From Zancudomyces culisetae HAW-14-8 (lineage: Eukaryota; Fungi; Kickxellomycota), in NCBI GenBank assembly GCA_052426225.1, contig JBNJNM010000013.1, forward strand, positions 1,426,001 to 1,490,000: a stretch of 64,000 bases of DNA, in the 5' to 3' direction. This document shows, piece by piece, positions 10,732 to 19,896 of this stretch; the stretch's first letter is position 1; every line of letters starts with the position of its first letter. The notes beneath the pieces were generated by a model. The model worked only from the letters and a program-made list of their open reading frames with translations. It made no database searches and was not told where the DNA came from. The translations under genes and the position numbers were made by a program.

Positions 10732-11250
10732 CTAACCTGTTATCAAGGATAGAAATTGGATAAAACCCTCCATAGGGAGAAAAGTCCAATCTCCAATGAA
10801 ATAAATATGATAAAATAAATATGATAAACTAAATATGATAAATAAACTGCCAATCAAAGCTAGAAGGTATGAACTATCATTAATTATATGACACGTGTCG
10901 TAGTATTCAAAACCCTCAGAGTTCTGAATACTAGTCTCTGCACGTGACATACCGGTTCGGGTATAATCACTGGATATTGATGCACTGCTACCCCGTAGCG
11001 TGATGTGCATCAAGGGAGGCTCAGTTGAGCTATTATCCCTATACAATGTCGGTGAGATAGTACTCACGGACATTGACTCTGGGCTTCTACGGATTCGAAG
11101 TTGACGAACACTTTCCGTCAACTCCCCAAGTGTTCGGGGGCTTAACACCCCTGTCTCTTGGTCCATGCTACTGCCCCTGGTGCTGTTTGATGAGATGGAA
11201 GAATCTCTCTTAGATTCATTCGCACCTGTACCAAAAAGATAGTTGATCAT
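10732..11250 (-). CDS. Ser-rich ORF starting inside LTR A (about 118 codons), now fused in frame to the 5' LTR of element B
   Basis: ORF track; homologous peptide MDQxxGVLSPxTLxxLTxSVRQxxIRxS in LTR C. Confidence 0.55.
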   Translation of the reverse strand: MINYLFGTGANESKRDSSISSNSTRGSSMDQETGVLSPRTLGELTESVRQLRIRRSPESMSVSTISPTLYRDNSSTEPPLMHITLRGSSASISSDYTRTGMSRAETSIQNSEGFEYYDTCHIINDSSYLLALIGSLFIIFSLSYLFYHIYFIGDWTFLPMEGFIQFLSLITG

Positions 11251-11666
11251 TATTTTTTTTTACTTTTATTTTTGCTGCTGTTTAAAAATCTTTATTTAGA
11301 TAATCTTTATTACTAATCCGTGTGGTAGGACATGGATGATGGTTTCTTTTCCACCATGTATCCTTTAAATATAAACTATAAAATCATTTTGTTCTCCAAA
11401 TAGACTATAAACATGATAAGGTATAACTAATAAAATAATATTTAGGTTTGATAATATTGATGTAGTATGAACATGTATGTGAACATTTCTCATACTACAT
11501 TCATCATTATTGAATGGACGCAGTATGAAGATTAATTTCATGCTGAGTCCATTAATTTTCATTTTCTTAATTTTTTAAAATATGTCCAGTTTTAATTCAA
11601 ACTATTAAAATATGGAAATGTATATCCATGTATTAATAGTAGTTTAATAGTTTTACTCATTCGACA
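10896..11666 (-). mobile_element. Solo LTR A (contains an ORF); its terminal TG was duplicated by insertion of element B
   Basis: TGTCG...CGACA termini; TSD GTCG at 5649-5652 and 11667-11670. Confidence 0.85.
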
Positions 11667-12287
11667 GTCGAGATACTAGATCCGGGTATCACGGCATAGC
11701 AACGTGTATTGGATCAGATTACACGTTGCTGAACAATTACATTGTTCATTCAAGAAACGTTGAGATATGTATGAATGATTGTTAACAACACATTCATACA
11801 CCAACGTTTCAACGCAAACATTAATATAGTAATATTGTTTTTTATGGATGATAGTTTAGTGATTATTTATAAAGAGTTAGTTTATATAAATAAAAGACAT
11901 AGGATGAATTTGAAAGCGTCATCCATGTCTTAATATACGGACGTATAAATAAAAATCTAGTTCATAATAAAAAATTATATCAAAACTACGAAAATGTACT
12001 ATTCAAATGGGTATGAAGATGAGGAGATGGCAATAAGTACCACTTCATCATCTTCCTGAAGAAGTACTGGCAGCAGCATGGATCAGGATGCTGGGGTATT
12101 AAGCCCCCAGACCTTGAAAGATCTGACCACTAGCGTGCGTCAGATACAGATCCGTAGCAGCCTAGGGAGTCCGTCGGGGATCAGACTTTCCCCTACACCT
12201 CCAAAGGGGTGTGTGTCACCCCATTCTGCGCAAATGGGGATAAGGTTACAGAGCAATTGTGTAACCCCCAGATCCCATATTGCGACA
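11667..12287 (+). mobile_element. Solo LTR C, diverged inverted relative of LTR A; original left end at 5648
   Basis: Reconstructed TGTCGAGATAC...ATTGCGACA termini; TSD CCAG at 5644-5647 and 12288-12291. Confidence 0.85.
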
Positions 12288-12353
12288 CCAGTTAAATTGT
12301 TGACGAAAATACAGATTCACTATTTTCGTATTGCTTTTGTAAATATATTCTAA
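12078..12353 (+). CDS. LTR C-internal ORF homologous to 10732-11250; the upstream part from ATG 11994 is cut by a stop
   Basis: MDQDAGVLSPQTLKDLTTSVRQIQIRSS; reads through the LTR end. Confidence 0.45.
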   Translation: MDQDAGVLSPQTLKDLTTSVRQIQIRSSLGSPSGIRLSPTPPKGCVSPHSAQMGIRLQSNCVTPRSHIATPVKLLTKIQIHYFRIAFVNIF

Positions 12354-12724
12354 TTATAAATATCTATCCTATGTGCTATTCTTTGTAGTTTTCAAAATAA
12401 AAGTTATACACTTATTGAATATAGACCAAACCTTTTGTTATATTTTTATTTGATGATGTTTTCATAGCTAGTTTCCTAGCCCTATTTATACTTATAATTA
12501 AATGACTATTTTATACTTGAAAACTAAGTATATATTATCTTAAAACATAAACTAAATATTAATATAAACCAGAATGTTACAGTAGAAAAAATCCAGAAGG
12601 ATAAAAAAAACTAGGCAACACATTATATACTAAATATCCTATAATAATTAAAATATAAATGAATTAGTTATTGGTGAGATGTTAATATATAGCGTCTAGA
12701 TGTAGTACTAGCCACTATATAACA
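12298..12724 (-). mobile_element. Solo LTR D (related to family J)
   Basis: TGTTGA...TATAACA; shares blocks with 45426-45879; imperfect TSD (A)AAT. Strand inferred from family J. Confidence 0.75.
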
Positions 12725-12726
12725 AA

Positions 12727-12981
12727 TGTTGTGTGTTGCCATGTATAACCTCCCATTTAGTGTTTTTTACACCAAATAACACACGGGACGGGTCATTTAA
12801 CTTACCTTTTACTATATGCTGCGAATTATTATATAGTACTTTGGATTTTTGCAAAAGAGGACATTTATTTAGTTAAACAAATATTTCAATTTTATACAAT
12901 AAAATCTACAAAAAATCTAACTAAAAATTACAAAACACAATTAACCAATGGAATTGTACTGCCTATTGTAGGCATACAACA
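12727..12981. mobile_element. Solo LTR E (255 bp); also at 47311-47562 and as an inverted fragment at 37724-37800
   Basis: TGTTGT...ACAACA termini, reconstructed TSD TAAA, multiple copies in the window. Confidence 0.85.
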
Positions 12982-12986
12982 TAAAT

Positions 12987-13357
12987 TGTCAAATAAACAG
13001 CTTTCTCTATTGTTTATTCTTATTATGATATTTGTATTTAAAACTCTACAATATTGTATATTTATTTATAATGTTGTTTTAATAGTATATATTGTAGCTA
13101 GACACAATATTATTTTGTTATAAGATAATTTTTATTTAGAATGAAGTGGGGGATTCCTTTTACCCCCGATTTCTGATATAAAACTATGAAACTATAACTT
13201 AAACTAACTAACTAATAATCGTTGGACAAAAACCACAATGGGGAAAAAGGTCCAATCTAAAAATAAAGATAACCTATAAAAATCAATAACTAGATAGATA
13301 AAAATTGAGATGATAAATCTCAATCAATTTTAGTTTCCATCGTATTATTATACGACA
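12987..13357 (-). mobile_element. LTR F (related to B LTR)
   Basis: TGTC...CGACA; shares the GATTGGAC-TTTT-stem-TTTT-TCCAA motif with B; right flank GTA does not give a TSD and may be a PPT remnant. Confidence 0.65.
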
Positions 13358-13360
13358 GTA

Positions 13361-13593
13361 TGTCGTGTAGTGTAATGCTTAACGTCCTACTTGATAACTT
13401 TCGCTACCAAGTACTACACGGGACGGGTCAATTTCAATAATATATAAATTTATTATACTATTATTTATGAGTGGAAAATGACAATTTATTAATTAATACA
13501 CAATAAACATATTGTTACAAAATTTATACAATACTTAATTAAATTAACCTAATAAATACAAGGAAATACAGGTATAAATTTCTACTTATAACA
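13361..13593. mobile_element. Solo LTR G (related to 60086-60307 and to fragment H at 13597-13648)
   Basis: TGTCG...TAACA, followed by AAT and the next TGTCG. Confidence 0.7.
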
Positions 13594-13919
13594 AATTGTC
13601 GTGTAGTAGAAATGTTTTACGTCTTACTTGAAAGCTATTGGCCTCCAATGTTAGGAATGGCAATATATTCCAAAAAATGGATCTTTGTTGGAATCGATCC
13701 TAAAATGTTAGGAATGGCAAATTCCCGGAACATAAATTTTAGTTTACATTTTTGTTCTATAAAAAATTAAACTATTTTATTATTTCACTTACGACATTCA
13801 AATAAGCCATTCCGACATTGGAATCATGTATGCAAAATTCACCATGAAATCACAGTATTTATTATTGGGAAAATTGACAAAGAAAATTAAAGAAAATTTT
13901 CAATAATTAAATTTATAAA

Positions 13920-14195
13920 ATTCATGTTAAAATCGATATACAAAATCATAGGCAAAATCGATATACAATATCGTAGGCAAAATCGATATACAAAATCATA
14001 GGCAAAATCGATATACAATATCGTAGGCAAAATAGATAACCAAAAACCATGATAAAATTGGATAACCAAAAACCATGATAAAATTCGATAAACATAATAC
14101 ATGTTAAAATTGGATAACCAAAAACCATGATAAAATTCGATAAACAAAATACATGTTAAAATCGATAAACAAAATACATGTTAAAATCGATAAAG
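13920..14195. repeat. Tandem 23-25 bp AAAATCGATA-core repeats in the LTR (same at 19316-19591; related array at 32545-32860)
   Basis: Units such as AAAATCGATATACAAAATCATAGGC and AAAATTGGATAACCAAAAACCATGAT. Confidence 0.85.
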
Positions 14196-14669
14196 TAATC
14201 TCATGAATAAATCAAACAAGAAGTTTGATAAACTCAATTTTGATAGTTACTTTAAATTAGTTCATTTTTACATAGTAAAATTTTAAAACTAAAAAATTAT
14301 TATCACTAAGTTTTTTCATAGCAAATTTCTCTGATGAAAAAATATATAAACCCTTCGAAATTCCGTTGGGATACATCAGAGAAAAATATATCATTAACTC
14401 ATCTAATAATATATTTTTCTAAATAACTACTTCTTCCTAATAAATAATAATACTGAATATTAATCACAGCATAGTTATAAGCAGCTCATTGTTTATAACA
14501 TAATATTTTTCTCTCTGCCATCTCCAAAGATCCAGGCCAGACTTCACCAGTAAAATCAAGCTTTCACATAGCTGTCTTTCTGTATTCCGCTGTATAATCC
14601 AGCATCCGTCAAAGAGTCCTGTTTCAGCGTACACCGCCTCCCTTAAGTATTGCTACCATCTAGTACACC

Positions 14670-15662
14670 ATGTCTGATCAAGAGCAAGTGCCAAACCCGA
14701 ATGAGGTTATTCAAACCTTAATGGGTCAGATATCAAGACTGTCCAATGAAGTAGACACGCTTCGCCAGTCGGCAAGCTTCCAAAGGGCCTTCATTCCAGA
14801 GCCAAAGGTACCGACGCCAGAAAAGTTTGGTGGAGGAAGAAAGGACAATATAAAAAACTTTCTCTCCACAGTTAAAACAGTATTCAAGTTACAGCCAAGC
14901 CGTTTCCCAACTGATCACGTTAAGGTCCTGTACATCGGGACGCTCCTCACCGACGGGGCACAAACATGGTTTAGAACGTTGCAGGAAGCACGTCATACCA
15001 TTCTCTTTCAGTATAGAGACTTTATCAATTTGTTAGAAAGAACTTATGGCGAACCCAATTCTGTATGGGTTGCGCAAAATAAATTAAAAAACCTGCAGCA
15101 GGGTCGTTCGCGCTGTCTCGCTTACACTACACATTTCAAAAGTGTAGCGCTTGAGACAGAGTATAACGAACCCGCGCTCGTCAAGGCCTTCTACGAAGGA
15201 CTAAATGACGAAATCAAAGACGCTCTCTCAACTCTGGATCACGTACCCACTACGTTTGAAGAGTTCACTTCTCTCTGTATCAGAATTGATAACAGAATCT
15301 TTCAGAGAAGAGCAGAAAGGAACAAGGTTAAACCCTGGATTCCTCCCATGCATTATACATCTTCGGAGATTACCAGAATGGATGTAGATGTAATGGGCAC
15401 CCGTAGACTAACCGAACCAGAAAGAGATCACAGAAAACATAATAATCTCTGTTTTTATTGTGGTGGTTCAAACCACACTGTCCAAAATTGTCCCAGAAAG
15501 AAGAGACATCAAGAATCATTCATGAATCCGCATTCCGTTAACCTGAAGAAAACCCGTTCATCAAACAGAGACTCAGGGAAATCCATCATTTCCAAGATCA
15601 AGAATCAAACTATTATTCAAGCAAAAAACCAGAGAACTCCTCAGAAATCAGAGGGTATCTGA
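14670..15662 (+). CDS. Gag (retrotransposon capsid domain + CCHC)
   Basis: PEKFGG, LQQG...YTTHF, FYEGLNDEIKD, CFYCGGSNHTVQNC. Confidence 0.92.
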   Translation: MSDQEQVPNPNEVIQTLMGQISRLSNEVDTLRQSASFQRAFIPEPKVPTPEKFGGGRKDNIKNFLSTVKTVFKLQPSRFPTDHVKVLYIGTLLTDGAQTWFRTLQEARHTILFQYRDFINLLERTYGEPNSVWVAQNKLKNLQQGRSRCLAYTTHFKSVALETEYNEPALVKAFYEGLNDEIKDALSTLDHVPTTFEEFTSLCIRIDNRIFQRRAERNKVKPWIPPMHYTSSEITRMDVDVMGTRRLTEPERDHRKHNNLCFYCGGSNHTVQNCPRKKRHQESFMNPHSVNLKKTRSSNRDSGKSIISKIKNQTIIQAKNQRTPQKSEGI

Positions 15663-15688
15663 AGGATTTTCATGAACCCTCACCATCC

Positions 15689-18600
15689 ATGGAGTTTCAA
15701 ACTCACTATCTTAACAATACCAAGTTTTCTAATAATTTTTTAATTAATATCAAGATCAAGTATAAAAATAAAAAGATACATACCAAGGCTCTGGTAGATA
15801 CCGGAGCATCAGGAAATTTTATAAGCAAAAGACTTATAAATAATCATAGAATCATGATCCAAACATTGGATAACCCCATAGAAATAATTCTAGCAAACAA
15901 TAAACCTGCTAGCCATGGATTCATAACTCAGGCCACAGTTCCTCTAGAAATCATGATCAATAAACACATTAGCACGACTACATTCAATGTCGTACCGTCT
16001 CTCAGTTATCCCGTTATACTAGGATTGCCATGGTTAAAACAACAACAACCAATCATTGATTGGGTAAAACTGAAGTTGAACTTCAACCTGCCCGAATCTA
16101 CTACAGATAATTTAACTCTTAGCCAAATTACCTTGTCTGAGAAATCATTTGATCCATACGATGATTCAGAAGATGAGGACTCATTTGAAAACCACTCCAA
16201 AAAACTACCCATGAAATATCAAGATTACTCAGATGTATTCTCAAAAAAGAAAGCAGACACATTGCCAGAACTTAGACCCTATGATTGTGAAATCCCGCTC
16301 AAAGACCCAGAAGCCAAGATTCCGTTCAAGCCGTTATACAACCTGTCAGGTCCAGAACTCAAGACTCTAGATGAGTATATCAAAGAAAATCTCAAGAAAG
16401 GATTTATCAGGAGAAGTCATTCCACAGCAGGTGCTCCGATATTTTTCATAAAGAAAAAGGACGGAGGTTTAAGACCTTGTATCGATTACAGGGACTTAAA
16501 CGAGCTAACTGTGAAAGATCGGTATCCACTACCACTGATTTCTGAACTATTAGATCATCTCAATGATGCTAGAATATTTACCAAAATAGATCTGAGAGGT
16601 GCATATAATTTAGTTCGTATGAAGCCAGGTGAAGAGTGGAAAACCGCCTTTCGTTCCCGATATGGACACTTTGAATACCTAGTAATGCCATTCGGATTAA
16701 CCAATGCTCCAGCTGTGTTTCAAGCAATGGTGAATGACATTTTCAGAGACATGTTAGACATTTCTGTAATAGTATATCTTGATGATATACTAATATTCTC
16801 AGAAAATCAGGAATCACACAACATTCATGTAAAAGAAGTCTTAGAAAGACTAAGAACTCACGGTCTCTACGCAAAATTAGAGAAATGTCAGTTTAACCAA
16901 ACAAGTGTAGAATTCTTGGGCTACATAATTTCAGATACAGGTATCTCTATGAGCCCAGAAAAAGTTCAAACTATTCTTAGCTGGCAAACACCAACCCATG
17001 TTAAGGGTGTAATGAGTTTCTTAGGATTTGCTAACTTTTACAGAAAATTTATCAAGGACTATTCAAAGATAGTCAGACCACTCACAAACCTCACCAAGAA
17101 GGATATTCCATTTGATTGGACTCCGGAATGCCAGGATGCATTCGAATTCCTCAAGAAAACCGTTACTTCAGCACCAATTCTCGCACATCCAGATCCCAGT
17201 TTACCCTTTCACCTTGAAACTGATGCTTCAGATTATGCCATAGGTGCCGTGTTAAATCAACCAGTGTCCAAGACAGATTCCACTCTCCATCCAGTTGCTT
17301 TCTATTCTCGCAAACTACTAGACGCCGAAATTAATTATGACATTCATGACAAAGAATTATTGGCTATAGTAAACGCGCTTAAACACTGGAGACACTACCT
17401 ATGTGGAGCAATCCATCCAATCAATGTATTCTCTGACCACAGAAACTTAACATTCTTTAGAACAAAGAGAATATTGAAGCAAAGACACGCCAGATGGGCA
17501 AATACCTTGTCAGAATTTGACTTCAAGTTGTGTTACAAACCAGGTGCACTTAATCCAGTTGCAGATGCATTGAGTCGAAGGACCGACTTATTACCTGAAA
17601 CGGGGGGTGAATACACCAACCCACAAAAGTATGAAGCCACAATCCTCCCAGCTTCCAAATGGATTAATGCTGCTAAAACTAAAACCCCTCAGGTTAAACT
17701 AATTACATCTGATAAAGAAAAACTTGAAATAATTCAGTCACGCCACGATGCCCTAACCGCCGGACATTTAGGTCAACAGAAAACTTTTGCTTTAATCGCC
17801 AAGGATTACTATTGGAAAGGAATGAGACAATACATTAATAATTATATCAAAGGATGTGATATTTGTCAAAGAAATAAAATCCACAGACATAAGCCATATG
17901 GATTGTTAAACCCACTTGAAATCCCAGAAAAGCCGTGGTCCAAAATCTCTATGGACTTCATAGTAAAACTACCATCCTCAAATGGCTACGATTCTATTCT
18001 TGTCATAGTGTGTCGCTTTACAAAGCAAGCACATTTTATACCTTGTAATGAAACCATTGATGCAGCAGGAACTGCAAAGTTATTCATAAATAATATATTC
18101 AAGTTACATGGCCTGCCAATTGATATAACATCAGATAGAGGATCTCAGTTTAGATCAAAATTTTGGAAAGAAATCATGAATTTATTAAAAGTAAAAGTTA
18201 ATCTATCTTCGGCTTATCACCCACAGTCAAATGGACAAACAGAAAGAGTCAACCAAACTCTTGAACAATACCTCAGAAATTACTCGAACTACAATCAAGA
18301 TAACTGGAGTACCTTACTACCATTCGCAGAGTTCGCTTACAACAACGCAGTAAGCTCAAGTACCAAGATGTCACCGTTTTATGCAAACTATGGATACAAC
18401 CCCAAGGCTGATTTTCTAAATACTAAAGAAAATATATCAAGTAATCCTGCAGTAACCTCGTATCTCAAAGTCATTCAAGAATCATGTGAAGAAATTAAGT
18501 CAACACTTAATCAATCTCAAGACAACTCAGTAAAACAATCAAATCGTAAAAGGATAAATATCAAGTATAAAGTAAACGATCTAGTATGGTTAGATCGTAA

Positions 18601-18994
18601 AAACATCAAGACTATGAGACCATCTAATAAATTGGATAATCAAAGAATAGGTCCGTTTCAAATCACGGAACAAATAAACAAAGTGGCTTACAGATTAAAA
18701 CTATCAGATGACATGAGAATCCATGATGTATTCCATGTATCACTCCTTGAGCCATATCATGCACCAATAATCAATGGACAAATAAAGCCAAGACCTGAAC
18801 CCATCATCTTAGATAATACTGAAGAATGGGAAGTAGAAGAAATTCTAGATGCCAAGAAAGCAAATAACAGAGCTTACTATCTCGTCAAATGGAAAGGATT
18901 CTCAGACTGCGAAAACACTTGGGAACCAACAGAAAATCTTGAAAACTGTCAAAGACTAATAAAACAGTTTAATCAGAAATCCAAGAAACCCTAA
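15689..18994 (+). CDS. Pol (protease, RT, RNase H, integrase, chromodomain), -1 frame relative to gag
   Basis: ALVDTGA, VYLDD, ETDAS, ISMDF/TSDRG/QTERVN, GPF, EEWEVEEILD...YLVKWKGF...NTWEP. Confidence 0.95.
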   Translation: MEFQTHYLNNTKFSNNFLINIKIKYKNKKIHTKALVDTGASGNFISKRLINNHRIMIQTLDNPIEIILANNKPASHGFITQATVPLEIMINKHISTTTFNVVPSLSYPVILGLPWLKQQQPIIDWVKLKLNFNLPESTTDNLTLSQITLSEKSFDPYDDSEDEDSFENHSKKLPMKYQDYSDVFSKKKADTLPELRPYDCEIPLKDPEAKIPFKPLYNLSGPELKTLDEYIKENLKKGFIRRSHSTAGAPIFFIKKKDGGLRPCIDYRDLNELTVKDRYPLPLISELLDHLNDARIFTKIDLRGAYNLVRMKPGEEWKTAFRSRYGHFEYLVMPFGLTNAPAVFQAMVNDIFRDMLDISVIVYLDDILIFSENQESHNIHVKEVLERLRTHGLYAKLEKCQFNQTSVEFLGYIISDTGISMSPEKVQTILSWQTPTHVKGVMSFLGFANFYRKFIKDYSKIVRPLTNLTKKDIPFDWTPECQDAFEFLKKTVTSAPILAHPDPSLPFHLETDASDYAIGAVLNQPVSKTDSTLHPVAFYSRKLLDAEINYDIHDKELLAIVNALKHWRHYLCGAIHPINVFSDHRNLTFFRTKRILKQRHARWANTLSEFDFKLCYKPGALNPVADALSRRTDLLPETGGEYTNPQKYEATILPASKWINAAKTKTPQVKLITSDKEKLEIIQSRHDALTAGHLGQQKTFALIAKDYYWKGMRQYINNYIKGCDICQRNKIHRHKPYGLLNPLEIPEKPWSKISMDFIVKLPSSNGYDSILVIVCRFTKQAHFIPCNETIDAAGTAKLFINNIFKLHGLPIDITSDRGSQFRSKFWKEIMNLLKVKVNLSSAYHPQSNGQTERVNQTLEQYLRNYSNYNQDNWSTLLPFAEFAYNNAVSSSTKMSPFYANYGYNPKADFLNTKENISSNPAVTSYLKVIQESCEEIKSTLNQSQDNSVKQSNRKRINIKYKVNDLVWLDRKNIKTMRPSNKLDNQRIGPFQITEQINKVAYRLKLSDDMRIHDVFHVSLLEPYHAPIINGQIKPRPEPIILDNTEEWEVEEILDAKKANNRAYYLVKWKGFSDCENTWEPTENLENCQRLIKQFNQKSKKP

Positions 18995-19896
18995 ACATGA
19001 TAAGCTATCGATCTCGCGGAGCTTGATCATAAAGATGGGGGTGATGTTAGGAATGGCAATATATTCCAAAAAATGGATCTTTGTTGGAATCGATCCTAAA
19101 ATGTTAGGAATGGCAAATTCCCGGAACATAAATTTTAGTTTACATTTTTGTTCTATAAAAAATTAAACTATTTTATTATTTCACTTACGACATTCAAATA
19201 AGCCATTCCGACATTGGAATCATGTATGCAAAATTCACCATGAAATCACAGTATTTATTATTGGGAAAATTGACAAAGAAAATTAAAGAAAATTTTCAAT
19301 AATTAAATTTATAAAATTCATGTTAAAATCGATATACAAAATCATAGGCAAAATCGATATACAATATCGTAGGCAAAATCGATATACAAAATCATAGGCA
19401 AAATCGATATACAATATCGTAGGCAAAATAGATAACCAAAAACCATGATAAAATTGGATAACCAAAAACCATGATAAAATTCGATAAACATAATACATGT
19501 TAAAATTGGATAACCAAAAACCATGATAAAATTCGATAAACAAAATACATGTTAAAATCGATAAACAAAATACATGTTAAAATCGATAAAGTAATCTCAT
19601 GAATAAATCAAACAAGAAGTTTGATAAACTCAATTTTGATAGTTACTTTAAATTAGTTCATTTTTACATAGTAAAATTTTAAAACTAAAAAATTATTATC
19701 ACTAAGTTTTTTCATAGCAAATTTCTCTGATGAAAAAATATATAAACCCTTCGAAATTCCGTTGGGATACATCAGAGAAAAATATATCATTAACTCATCT
19801 AATAATATATTTTTCTAAATAACTACTTCTTCCTAATAAATAATAATACTGAATATTAATCACAGCATAGTTATAAGCAGCTCATTGATTATAACA

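Larger units (their letters stand above)
5655..10893 (-). mobile_element. Ty3/gypsy LTR retrotransposon B (no chromodomain), two LTRs, inserted 9 bp upstream of tRNA-Trp
   Basis: LTRs 5655-6060 and 10490-10893, 4-bp TSD CGTG, PBS TGGCGCTCCCAGCTAGGC next to the 5' LTR, PPT AGGGGGGT before the 3' LTR. Confidence 0.95.
13649..19896 (+). mobile_element. Full-length chromovirus-type Ty3/gypsy element with 852-bp near-identical LTRs
   Basis: LTRs 13649-14500 and 19045-19896, PPT AAAGATGGGGGTGA, intact gag and pol; flanks TCCAA/ATTAG do not form a TSD. Confidence 0.95.

Noticed and set aside
13887-14147. Hydrophobic ORFs 13887-14147, 13946-14128, 19283-19543, 32584-32880
   Set aside because: They are translations of T-rich tandem repeats inside LTRs.
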